The notes beneath the pieces are model-generated. The model worked only from the letters and a program-made list of their open reading frames with translations, was not told the origin of the DNA and searched no databases. Made by a program: the position numbers and the translations under genes. Below, piece by piece: positions 30,520 through 39,633 of a DNA stretch of 64,000 nucleotides (position 1 is the first letter of the stretch; each line of letters begins with the position of its first letter). Source of the DNA: Verrucomicrobiota bacterium (lineage in GTDB: Bacteria > Verrucomicrobiota > Verrucomicrobiia > Limisphaerales > Palsa-1400); the NCBI GenBank assembly GCA_049510745.1, contig JBEKYR010000001.1:32001-96000 (forward strand). The letters are read 5' to 3'.

Positions 30520-33500
30520 TCAGGGTTGGTTTCCGAAAGCCTTTTGAAACTCCGGCGTCTGCCGCAAGGCGTTAAAGGTCGGGTCCTCGGCCAGATGCTT
30601 CCGCAGGTTGATCATCTTGGGTTCCTTGGCGATTTCCGCCGCGTTGAGGGCCAAACACTTTTGCAGCGAGGCGACCGCCTGGGCGGTTTCGCCGCGGGCG
30701 GCTTGAATGACGGCCAGGTTGTAGAGCGGCTCGGAACTGGCAGGCATGGCCAGGGCCAGCTTTTGGACGGCCTGTTCGCTTTTGGCCAGATCGCCCATCT
30801 GCAAATACGCGCTGGCCGCGCTCATCAGCACGTTGGGGTCGGAGCCGGCGAAGGTGAGCACTTGCTCGAGCATCTGTTCGGCGGCGTTGGTTTGATGATC
30901 GGCGATGGCGCGCTGAATCTGGGTGAAGGCCTGCTTGATCTGATCGGCGCCCGCGCCCGACTTGCTGCGGGTTAACTGGTCGATCCAATCGCTGATCTGG
31001 CCGTTGTAGGGGTCCAGTTTGTGGCAGGTTTGCAGGATGCCAAGGGCGTCGTCAATGCGGTTTTGGTTGAGCAGCAGGTCCATGAAATGGAAGACCGCTT
31101 CGGGGCTGTAGGGGCAATAGGCAAAGGCCTGCTTGAAGGCGAACTCCGCTTCCTTGGTCACGCGCGCCCGCTCGGCGGGGATTCTGGAATTCTGCGCCCG
31201 CGAGCGCCATTGATAGATGCTGCTGCCAATCGAGCTGCGCAGCTTGGAGAAGGCCTTCTGCGCGTCGTCGTCGCGCAGAAAGGCGCGGTCGCCCTTGAAA
31301 TGGCTGAAATTGTGGCGCAGATAGACCTCCTCCGCCCAATCGCAGACCTCCTTGACGCTGGTGTCGTAGGTGATCCAGTTGCCGATGGTGCGCCGGGAGA
31401 ACTGGCTCCAGAAGGCGTGGTCTTTGTCAATAATATCCTGTGTCAGCTCGGGCACCGGATGCCGGTTGATCTTCATGATGATCCCGAAGGGGGTCAGGTA
31501 CGGGTACATCCAATCCAGCGGGAAGCTCTCCTCGACGTAGAATTCGTGGTTGGGGTTCTTGTCGAAGATCACCTTGGTCAGCAAGCCGTTGATGCTCATG
31601 ACGGCGATCTGCCCCGAAACCTGCACCCGCCCGTTGTCGATATGCACGTCCTCGCCCGGCTTGATCTGGCGCGGTTCGTTGGGGAACTCCGTGTCGTGCT
31701 GCAAGCGCCGTTGGGCTTCGTAAAGGTATTCGTTGAAACACTGCGCGGAATCGTCGGGCGTGGCCGTCTGGATTTCGGTGTCGGGATAGACGCCGCCGAG
31801 GCTTTTGACGATTTCGTCCGGGAAAGCCTCCTCCAACATGCGGCGATTGAGGCGGATGACGTTGTTGGACAGGAGATTTTCGCCCGCCGCGGCCTCCCGG
31901 ATCAAGACGGGCAATCTGACGTTTTTGAACGTCTCGGCGTTGTAGATATTGGTCCCGGCGACGACGGCGTTGAAATCCTGGGACAAGGCCTGGCGCAAGG
32001 CGGATTCGTCGCCGTTGCCATCAACCAGGCGCCGGGTCCCCGTGCTGAGCTTGCTGTAAAGGAACCGGGCCAGGGGGTCCTGGTTTGGGCTGTTGCGCAG
32101 TTTGGCGGCGAGGCTTGACGGCTTGGCGATTTGGCCGGGAGTGAACCAGGAAGTGCTGGTGCGGCGCCGTTTCTCGACCTTCGCGCCAAGCCCTTCAAAA
32201 ATGTCGTCCAGAAACCTGAACGCGCGCATCGGCCCGTGGAAAATGCTGGGGAGCGAGCCGGAGAAGAAGTTCTGAAAGAACGGCGGATCGTTTTGGGCGC
32301 TGCGATTGTACTGGGCGCGGATGTAATCCAGATAGGTGTTATCGGCCAGGGCGTTTTGGGTGATGATATAGACATCGCGCCGGTCGTAATTCTGGTCCTG
32401 TTCGGGCTGGCAATCGTGGGGAATGAAGCTTTCGCAGAAAATGGTGTAGGTGGGGCAGAAGCGTCCCGGATCGGTGCCGCCGTAGAGCACGGCGTCGCGC
32501 GCCATTTCGGGATAGACCATCGTGCCCTGCGGCCCTTTGGCGGCGGCCTCGCGCAACCTGGCATCGTAGGTCAGGTTGCCGTCCGGCCCGACAAACGGCG
32601 GGGTAAACATATCGTGGCCGAACCAGTAGCCGAACCAGTGATTGCGCTGTTCGCTGTGGAACCAATGGGACATGCCCGAATAGACCGGCAGCAGGGCAAA
32701 GAGTCCCAGCGCGATGGCCAGCGGCGCCCGGTTCCGATAGAGACCCACCGCCGCCAGAAAAACCAGCGTCAACACCACCAGCAAAAGGCTGGCAATGACG
32801 GGCGACCCGTATTGGTCCGGGGCGAACGACTGCGCGATCCAGTGCGGCAATTCTCCCAAGCCAATCTCCCCGTCCAACCCGCGGTAATGTCTGCCCGTCA
32901 CATCCAGCAGCGAGTAGAGCGCCAGCGCCACCCCCGCCCCGGCCCCGGCCAGTCCCCAGCGGCGGAATTTTTGGTAATTGGTGGCCATGAACGCCGCCGT
33001 CATCGCCAGGCCGTAACCGATCAGGATGGCGACCACCGCGTGCGAGGCTGTAAAGAAGACTTTGACCAGATCGGCCGTCTGGCGCTCGCGGGTGGGATTG
33101 AGGGTGATGGCCAGGAGCACGCCCAGGAAGGGATAAATGGCGCCCACCATGATGATCCACGAACGCTCCCGTTTTTGCATCTTGAGGATGAACAGGAACG
33201 GCAACAGGGCGAAAAACATCGCCACCCAGCTAAAGGCGTCGGCCAAACCCGTGACCAACATCTGCAACTCGATGAGGAAATGGCGCCAATCGTGGAACAC
33301 GTCGGTGGGGTTGACCTTGTCGTACTGCCCCCGGGTCACGGCGTGCCAAAAGCCTTCGACGGTGCGGGGATAGCCCCACTCCATCGGTGGATTGGTCATG
33401 CCGGAAAGGGCTTCGTAAAAGTAAAAGCTCGCGCCGCAGAACGAGAGCAATATTATGAGAAGGATCGCCTTCCACTCCGTGCCAATGCCGCTGGTTTTGA

Positions 33501-34416
33501 TCGTCAGATAGACGCAGGCCGCAATGGAACCCATGCCGACGAAATTGTAAATGGTGAACACCATCGGCGTGGTGGAATCGAAGAACGCCACCAGATGCGC
33601 GGCCTTGGCGACCAATCCCAGGATATAAGCAACGCTGTTCCAAAGGAAGAGATCGCGGCCCAACTTGGCGTCCCGGGCCGCGACACCAATCTCGACTCCC
33701 ATGATGGCCATGGTCAGGGTTTGGTGGATGGTGGAGCAGATGCCGAGGAAGAAAAACGCCAGGTAGAGGTAACGGCGCTGGTGGGGCGCGTAGTTCCAGC
33801 GCATCAGGCACAGCAGCACCAGCATCATCCACGGCACGCCGAAGAGCGAAATGCGGTTGATGACGACCGATTCCTTCCACATCGAACTGCCCAGCGCCAT
33901 GAGCAAGCCCGCCGTCACGCCGCAGACCATGCAGATGGCCCGCTCCCAATTGCCCTTCATGTTTTTCAGTTCCTCGATCCCTTCCATGAGCATGCTGCTG
34001 CCGCGCGAGACCATGAAGGCGAGCACGCCGGCGGCCATGGCGGCGGTGCTGGCTTCGGCCAGGGCCACCCGCCAGGCGATGTTTTTAAACGGCACCAGCA
34101 CCGTCCAAAGCCAGGTATAGATCGCCCAGAACGGGTATCCCGGCGGATGCGGAATGCCCGCATAATAGGAAGCGGTGCAAAGTTCGCCCGAGTCCTCCAG
34201 CGTCACCTCCGGCGCCAGGCAGATAAAATAAATGACCCAGACAATGGCCAGCGTGATGACCAGCGTCAGCCAGTCGATGCCCCGGAAAAGCGGGGGCACG
34301 GGCTGTTTGGCGGGCAGGGGCGGCGCTGGCGGTTTGGGGCCGTAAGGCGCGGCCGGGGCTTTAGCCGACGGACCTTGCGGCGGTCGAGTTTTGGAATTCA
34401 TCGTTTCTTTTGCCAT
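30520..34416 (-). CDS. DUF2723/TMEM260-like multi-pass membrane protein with C-terminal TPRs (candidate protein glycosyltransferase)
   Basis: LEDSGEL...GIPHPPGYP signature after TM1; many TMs; GGTDPGRF; C-terminal TPR-like helices. Confidence 0.85.
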   Translation of the reverse strand: MAKETMNSKTRPPQGPSAKAPAAPYGPKPPAPPLPAKQPVPPLFRGIDWLTLVITLAIVWVIYFICLAPEVTLEDSGELCTASYYAGIPHPPGYPFWAIYTWLWTVLVPFKNIAWRVALAEASTAAMAAGVLAFMVSRGSSMLMEGIEELKNMKGNWERAICMVCGVTAGLLMALGSSMWKESVVINRISLFGVPWMMLVLLCLMRWNYAPHQRRYLYLAFFFLGICSTIHQTLTMAIMGVEIGVAARDAKLGRDLFLWNSVAYILGLVAKAAHLVAFFDSTTPMVFTIYNFVGMGSIAACVYLTIKTSGIGTEWKAILLIILLSFCGASFYFYEALSGMTNPPMEWGYPRTVEGFWHAVTRGQYDKVNPTDVFHDWRHFLIELQMLVTGLADAFSWVAMFFALLPFLFILKMQKRERSWIIMVGAIYPFLGVLLAITLNPTRERQTADLVKVFFTASHAVVAILIGYGLAMTAAFMATNYQKFRRWGLAGAGAGVALALYSLLDVTGRHYRGLDGEIGLGELPHWIAQSFAPDQYGSPVIASLLLVVLTLVFLAAVGLYRNRAPLAIALGLFALLPVYSGMSHWFHSEQRNHWFGYWFGHDMFTPPFVGPDGNLTYDARLREAAAKGPQGTMVYPEMARDAVLYGGTDPGRFCPTYTIFCESFIPHDCQPEQDQNYDRRDVYIITQNALADNTYLDYIRAQYNRSAQNDPPFFQNFFSGSLPSIFHGPMRAFRFLDDIFEGLGAKVEKRRRTSTSWFTPGQIAKPSSLAAKLRNSPNQDPLARFLYSKLSTGTRRLVDGNGDESALRQALSQDFNAVVAGTNIYNAETFKNVRLPVLIREAAAGENLLSNNVIRLNRRMLEEAFPDEIVKSLGGVYPDTEIQTATPDDSAQCFNEYLYEAQRRLQHDTEFPNEPRQIKPGEDVHIDNGRVQVSGQIAVMSINGLLTKVIFDKNPNHEFYVEESFPLDWMYPYLTPFGIIMKINRHPVPELTQDIIDKDHAFWSQFSRRTIGNWITYDTSVKEVCDWAEEVYLRHNFSHFKGDRAFLRDDDAQKAFSKLRSSIGSSIYQWRSRAQNSRIPAERARVTKEAEFAFKQAFAYCPYSPEAVFHFMDLLLNQNRIDDALGILQTCHKLDPYNGQISDWIDQLTRSKSGAGADQIKQAFTQIQRAIADHQTNAAEQMLEQVLTFAGSDPNVLMSAASAYLQMGDLAKSEQAVQKLALAMPASSEPLYNLAVIQAARGETAQAVASLQKCLALNAAEIAKEPKMINLRKHLAEDPTFNALRQTPEFQKAFGNQP

Positions 34417-34743
34417 TCATCGGCCTCTGTCCACAGAACAGACACCGGAAGCGGCCAATTTGTATAAATTCGTTCGCCCCAATGGGCAATGACTAATTTC
34501 GAGCAGAACTTGCGGGGGAGCATCTCCATCTTTGGATACGGGCTGGTTGTCGGCGGGGGGCCGCGCTCGACCGACGGGGGAAAATGACGAATCGATTTCG
34601 GGGGCCAACCGCAAGGTTGCGTCGCGGAAACGATTTCACTAAAGCGGTGGTGGTGAACAACGTCAACCTGGCCATGGAGCTGGAAAACCTGAGTTACTTC
34701 GTGCAACGTTGACATGACAAAGGAACAAAGGCACTTTGTTGGA

Positions 34744-34974
34744 ATGAAGACGGTGAATTTGACGATTGACGACCAAACGTGGCGCGCCGCCCGCGCTCTG
34801 GCGGCAGAACGGGAGACCAGCGTCAGTTCGCTGGTGCGGGAAGCGTTGGGCTATTTGACCAAGACTGATAAGCGCAGGGAACAAGCCCGGCAGGAGATCC
34901 TGCGGATGGTGGGTTCGTTCGGCGGGAAGGTGGGCCGGATGCCGTCGCGGGAGGAGAGAAATGGCCGCCGCTGA
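34744..34974 (+). CDS. RHH antitoxin (VapB-like)
   Basis: MKTVNLTIDD..WRAARALAAERETSVSSLVREAL..SREE; overlaps the downstream PIN gene. Confidence 0.85.
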   Translation: MKTVNLTIDDQTWRAARALAAERETSVSSLVREALGYLTKTDKRREQARQEILRMVGSFGGKVGRMPSREERNGRR

Positions 34975-35386
34975 CGCGCTCTTGGACAGCAATGTGCTGT
35001 TGTATGCGCTGTCCAGCGCGCCTGGTGAGCGGGTCAAACAGGAGCGGGCGGCCCAATTGCTCGCCACGGAGCAATTTGGCACGTCCTACCAGGTGCTGAT
35101 GGAGACGTGGGTGGTCGCCACGCGCAAAATGGAGCGTCGGGTCAAGCCTGAGAAGGTGGCGGCGTTTCTGGAGCAGATTCTTGCCTTTCCTTGCGTGCAA
35201 GGGACGGCGGGACTTTACCGGCAAGCTGTGAGGCTGGCCGAACGCTATGGAGTGCATCCCTACGATGCCGCCATCCTGGCCGCCGCACAAGAGCTTGGCG
35301 CCAAGCGCCTCTATTCCGAAGACATGGCGCACGGCCAGAATTACGACGGGGTGACGGTTATCAATCCGTTTCGCGGTTTGGATTAG
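34961..35386 (+). CDS. PIN-domain toxin (VapC)
   Basis: LLDSNVLLYA, QVLME, YDAAILAAA, LYSEDM, INPF. Confidence 0.92.
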   Translation: MAAADALLDSNVLLYALSSAPGERVKQERAAQLLATEQFGTSYQVLMETWVVATRKMERRVKPEKVAAFLEQILAFPCVQGTAGLYRQAVRLAERYGVHPYDAAILAAAQELGAKRLYSEDMAHGQNYDGVTVINPFRGLD

Positions 35387-35417
35387 AACGATGAAGAAAA
35401 TGTGACATGCAGTGCGT

Positions 35418-36278
35418 TCAGCGGCCGTTCGGCTGCTCCGGCGGGGTTTCGTTGACGCTGCCGCGCCGGTAACCCTGCAAATCGAGCGTGACGTGGGCGT
35501 AGCCGATTTTTTTCAGCGCCTCCGCCACGCGCGCGGACACTCCGTCAACGAGAAATTTCGGAATTTCCTCCGCGCCGACTTCGATGCGGGCCAGGTGAGT
35601 GGTCCGTTCCTGGGCGCGCAATTCGTGGTGGCGGGCGCGCACGTCGTGAAAGCCAAGGTCGCGCAGGAGGTCCTCCGCCTGCTCGATCATGCGCAGTTTG
35701 TCGGGCGTGACCGGCTCGCCGTAGGGGACGCGCGAGCTGAGGCAGGCCATTTGGGGCTTGTCGGCGGTGGGAAGTCCCAATTGGGCGGACAAGGCGCGGA
35801 TTTCGGATTTGCCCAGGCCGGCTTCCTTGAGCGGGGCGCGGGCCTGGAATTCGCCGGCGGCTTGGGCGCCCGGGCGGTGGTCCCCGGCGTCGCTGGCGTT
35901 TTCGCCGTAAGCGATGACGGCGAAATTCTCGGCGCGGGCCAGCGGGGTCAACTGGGTGAACAACTCGTGTTTGCAGAAGTAACAGCGGTTGTTGGGATTG
36001 GAGAGGTAGGCCGGGTTGTCAAATTCCTGCGTGCGCACGATGCGCAGCGGGATGGAGAATTGGGCGGCCACGGCGACGGCTTGCTCCAATTCGCGGCGCG
36101 GCAGGCTGGGGGAATCGGCCAGGACGGCCAGGCATTTGTCGCCCAGAACCTGATGCGCCACCGCCGCCAGGAAGACCGAGTCCACCCCGCCTGAATAGGC
36201 CACCAGGCATGAACCGTAGGAGCGCAGGATGGCGCGGAGCTGTTCAAGTTTGTTCAAAGACACGCCCAAATCTGCCAC
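35418..36278 (-). CDS. larE: ATP-dependent sulfur transferase LarE (NPN cofactor biosynthesis)
   Basis: PP-loop AYSGGVDS, RCYFCK, DHRPG, CLSSRVPYG, VTLDLQGYRRGS. Confidence 0.92.
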   Translation of the reverse strand: MADLGVSLNKLEQLRAILRSYGSCLVAYSGGVDSVFLAAVAHQVLGDKCLAVLADSPSLPRRELEQAVAVAAQFSIPLRIVRTQEFDNPAYLSNPNNRCYFCKHELFTQLTPLARAENFAVIAYGENASDAGDHRPGAQAAGEFQARAPLKEAGLGKSEIRALSAQLGLPTADKPQMACLSSRVPYGEPVTPDKLRMIEQAEDLLRDLGFHDVRARHHELRAQERTTHLARIEVGAEEIPKFLVDGVSARVAEALKKIGYAHVTLDLQGYRRGSVNETPPEQPNGR

Positions 36279-36314
36279 GGCTCACCGGGAATGTCGAGAC
36301 GGATGGAAAGGGCT

Positions 36315-36458
36315 CAAATCCTAACGCGGCCTTACCGCCGAGCGATGACCTATACAAATTGGATAGGAGAGCGAAGAAGCGGTCGGCGAGGGCGCCGACC
36401 GCTGCACGCGATGGCGCGTGCGCTCCCAGGGATGTACTGCAACGGTTCTTAGGATTTG
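36315..36458. repeat. REP/MITE-like element: 10-bp inverted repeats enclosing a double hairpin
   Basis: CAAATCCTAA (36315-36324) and TTAGGATTTG (36449-36458); inside GCGGTCGGCG-AGGG-CGCCGACCGC and GCACGCG-ATGG-CGCGTGC-GCTCCC. Confidence 0.65.
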
Positions 36459-36535
36459 GGAAGGGACCTTTCCGCCCTTGAAATCGGCGGCCAGGCGCCG
36501 GCTTTCACCGCTCTTCCTCGCGCTCGGACTTGAGA

Positions 36536-37537
36536 TCATTCAGGTTTTTCATTGAACCAATTCAAGCTCCATGAGTCCTGCCACTCGACGGTCAGGCTGT
36601 CGCCTTTGATTTGAAGGGGGAGCCAGAGGTAGGCGCTCTTGGGCAGTTCGCGAGGTTTCCAGCGGTCCGCTATGAAGATGAACGCGCCCGGCTTGCCCGG
36701 CACCGGCAAGACAAAGGTGGATTGACCGCCAAACGTTGTCGCGGCGTTCGGACCACGGCAGGGATTGGGATGGCCGGTCCAGGGGCCAAGGATGTGGTCG
36801 GCGGTGTAATAGTTGGCCGCATTGGGCGCCCAGCCAGTGCAGGCGCTCGTGATGAGATAATACCTGGCGCGATATTTGAAGAGCGCCGGCGCCTCACGAT
36901 GATCGGGGGCGATGATGACGTCGTTGGTGGTGGCGGAGAGAAAATCATCGCTCAACTGGCAGATGCGCAGGTCGTAATTGTCGCGCGCAGCGTAGATGTC
37001 ATAGGCCTTCCCATCGTCGTCCAGATAGAGATTCATGTCGCGGGACTGGTTGCCATTGGGGCGGAGAGCGTTCAGGAAGGTGAACGGTCCGGCCGGGCGG
37101 TCGGCCACGGCGATGCCGGCGCTGGCGAAACGGTAGCCCCGTTGTTCCAGGTGCATCCACATGACGAACTTTTTTGTGCGCGGATTGAAGATCACCTTGG
37201 GTCGTTCGATGAAAGTGGACTGGCCGTCCACGCGTGGCAGGGATTCCGGGGGCAGGGCGGCCCCTTCGCGCGTCCATTCATAAAGATTGGACGAGGCATA
37301 GCAGGAGACGCCGCCGCGCGTTCCGGGCGTCCGGTCTTCGCCATACCAGTAAAACATATTGCTGTGGACCAGCACGCCGCCGGCGTGGGCCTGAATCGGA
37401 TTGCCGGCGGTGTCGGTCCAGATTTCGCCGGGATGAAACTCCGGCCCGGCCAGGGCGTGGCTGGCGGCCAGCAGCAACCCGGCGATGAGCAACGCGGCCG
37501 GCCGCGAGAGCAGCCGAATTTTAGGATGTAAAATCAT
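36536..37537 (-). CDS. Secreted GH43 (exo-beta-1,3-galactanase-like subfamily)
   Basis: Signal peptide; IQAHAGG, YWYGE, IERPKV, SRDM, REAPA, TFGGQST. Confidence 0.85.
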   Translation of the reverse strand: MILHPKIRLLSRPAALLIAGLLLAASHALAGPEFHPGEIWTDTAGNPIQAHAGGVLVHSNMFYWYGEDRTPGTRGGVSCYASSNLYEWTREGAALPPESLPRVDGQSTFIERPKVIFNPRTKKFVMWMHLEQRGYRFASAGIAVADRPAGPFTFLNALRPNGNQSRDMNLYLDDDGKAYDIYAARDNYDLRICQLSDDFLSATTNDVIIAPDHREAPALFKYRARYYLITSACTGWAPNAANYYTADHILGPWTGHPNPCRGPNAATTFGGQSTFVLPVPGKPGAFIFIADRWKPRELPKSAYLWLPLQIKGDSLTVEWQDSWSLNWFNEKPE

Positions 37538-37664
37538 TTTTCGTTTCAGAGAATTTGAGGGACTCCCGTTCCGCAGGCAATCCCCCAAAGGGGTGGTGGC
37601 CCAGTTTAAATCCCGGACTTGGTTGGGCGTGAGGTTTTTTACCCCCCCCCTCCCCCTGTTGCTG

Positions 37665-38180
37665 GGGTCTGATTTGGTTTGATTTAGTCTGATTTAGTTT
37701 GATTTTTGGGGGGCCAATCCGCCGTCGCTCCGCGAAGCGGAGCTATGGCGGACAGGGGGGCCAAAACGACCAGTGGGACGAATGGGACGTATGGGACGAA
37801 TCCGCCGTCGCCGAAGGGATTGGGCGTCCAGCGCAGAGCGCCCGGAGCCGAAGCCGGCCCTGACCGATGTGACGATTTAGCGTCATCGAAGGAAGTATTA
37901 CCACTGTTATTTGGAATATGCAAGGTTTTTTTCAGGAGAAGGGGATTTAACCGCTGGCGCGGGGGGCTTGGCGCGGCAAAGCCGCAATCAAGAGGCATAC
38001 AACCACGGATGGACACGGATTAACACGGATGGGAAGCGACGGGGTTTTTATCCGTGAAAATCCGCGAAATCCGTGGTGAGACACGTTCCCGAAAATGAAT
38101 GATGCTCGCGCAAAGGCGCAGAGGGCGCGGAGAGGACTGGAAAAATCTTTGAGACAGGATGACAGGATACGGAATGGATT
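37665..38180. repeat. Cluster of short tandem and palindromic intergenic repeats
   Basis: 10-bp GATTTRGTYT units (37671-37707); hairpin TCCGCCGTCGCTCCGC-GAA-GCGGAGCTATGGCGGA; 9-bp ATGGGACG units (37772-37798); ACCACGGAT..ACACGGAT..ACACGGAT paired with ATCCGTG..ATCCGCG..ATCCGTGGT; GACAGGATGACAGGAT. Confidence 0.75.
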
Positions 38181-38360
38181 GAGCCGGGCGAGGATTGAAG
38201 AAGCGATGGTCTGAGCCGGCGCCACGTTGGCTGAAATCCACGAGAAAACTTAAGAATCGGGCGATCCCAGGGGAGACCCCGGCGACAAAATCGAAGCAAA
38301 CTAGGGGTGAGATCATTCCCATCCAGCCTCTGAAAATGCGTCCAATCCTGAAATGAACGG

Positions 38361-39299
38361 TCATTTTTCCAGTTGTTGCAGTTTTTTAGCCGTAAGTTCA
38401 TACCACTGCTTTCCATCCGAATTCGTTTGGAGCTGGACAAAAGAGGGTATCGCAGATGCGTTCGTCGGTATCGGCATAAAAGAAATTTGGAAAAGAGCTA
38501 AAGTCCTCGGCGATTTCTTGGACACAATCATTATCCACACAGGAAGCCATTCAGGATCGTCAAACTTAGTGGCAATTCTAAGGCCAGGGCTCGTTTCCCC
38601 AGAGAATTCATATATTGTCGGAGTTTTAAAAACCACATATTTCAATTTGATTTTTTCATTCCCTGACACTGTTTTGAAAAGTTCGTCATCTCTGTATGCG
38701 GAAACCCAGCCGACCTCAGGTGACCATTCCCGGTTGCTTGGAATACCGACCCACAATTCCACATCCTCGGTGAAAATATCGGAACGGTTCATTACCACAA
38801 ATTCAAACTCTACATTTGGTTGGTTTGATTGGATTGGGACAGCAAGATATGAATTCGCAGGAATATAAATGTCCGAGTTGAAAACGAGCGTATTTGTCAC
38901 AAGCACTTGGGTATTACGGTCATCCCCTATTTGCAGGTATAGCTTTAAATCGGCAAGCGGCGGAATCCGCGCGGGATTATTTGGTCCAAACGAAAGCCAA
39001 TAGTATATGACCAACACAATCGCACACAATATTCCGAACTGCCATAAAGCACGCCTACGATTAAGGGTTTTCTTAAATCGCGCATTGACAAGCAGATATA
39101 ACCCAGCACAAAAGACAAGATAATGAAACAAACATCCTGTTCTAATCCATCCCCGGTTAGTTAAGTCGTCTCCCAAAACATAGAAAATAAGGCCGGCAAG
39201 AGCATCAGTGATATGTTTGAAACCAGGTATGAGATCAGGTTTTTTGACATACTTTCTGCGCTTATCATCGGCTTTCTTTGCGGATTGGTTGTCGCTCAC
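38361..39299 (-). CDS. AT-rich hypothetical membrane protein
   Basis: 312-aa ORF with 2-3 N-terminal TM segments; markedly more AT-rich than its flanks. Confidence 0.7.
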   Translation of the reverse strand: MSDNQSAKKADDKRRKYVKKPDLIPGFKHITDALAGLIFYVLGDDLTNRGWIRTGCLFHYLVFCAGLYLLVNARFKKTLNRRRALWQFGILCAIVLVIYYWLSFGPNNPARIPPLADLKLYLQIGDDRNTQVLVTNTLVFNSDIYIPANSYLAVPIQSNQPNVEFEFVVMNRSDIFTEDVELWVGIPSNREWSPEVGWVSAYRDDELFKTVSGNEKIKLKYVVFKTPTIYEFSGETSPGLRIATKFDDPEWLPVWIMIVSKKSPRTLALFQISFMPIPTNASAIPSFVQLQTNSDGKQWYELTAKKLQQLEK

Positions 39300-39502
39300 A
39301 AATGATCAGATTTGATTCTTACAGAATGTGTGCCATTTTTCATCGAGGCTCGCCGCATCCATGTGTTGAAGGTGTTTATGACGCTGTTCTTATCGCCATC
39401 AGCCTCCGAAAGCAAGGGTTTCCGTATCCAGTCGGATTTGCTCCCGAATCATTAGCGCTTGTGGACTCACCCACCAGGTGGGGCAGTTTCGGATGAGAGA
39501 TT

Positions 39503-39548
39503 CCGTCGGCGGGACGCCGACGGGGGCGGTCGAGACGACCGCGCTCCC
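39503..39548 (+). repeat. REP-like double hairpin ending GCTCCC
   Basis: CCGTCGGCG-GGA-CGCCGACGG then GCGGTCG-AGA-CGACCGC-GCTCCC; same architecture as 36378-36427. Confidence 0.7.
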
Positions 39549-39633
39549 AGGAAATCGCTAAGGATTGGGGTGGCTCCATTTTGGCGTCTGGGCGCTTGCC
39601 CTTTGGCCGATTCGTGTTACCTTGGCCGTTCTC

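Noticed and set aside
34490..34712. Coding-like stretch ending KAVVVNNVNLAMELENLSYFVQR* before the antitoxin
   Set aside because: Possibly a gene remnant, but too short to assign; needs BLASTX
37634..37656. Poly-T/poly-C tract upstream of the GH43 gene as a phase-variation switch
   Set aside because: Intergenic, and no promoter elements could be placed around it
20751..38180. Short repeats as a CRISPR array
   Set aside because: Units are 7-10 bp and tandem, with no unique spacers and no cas genes
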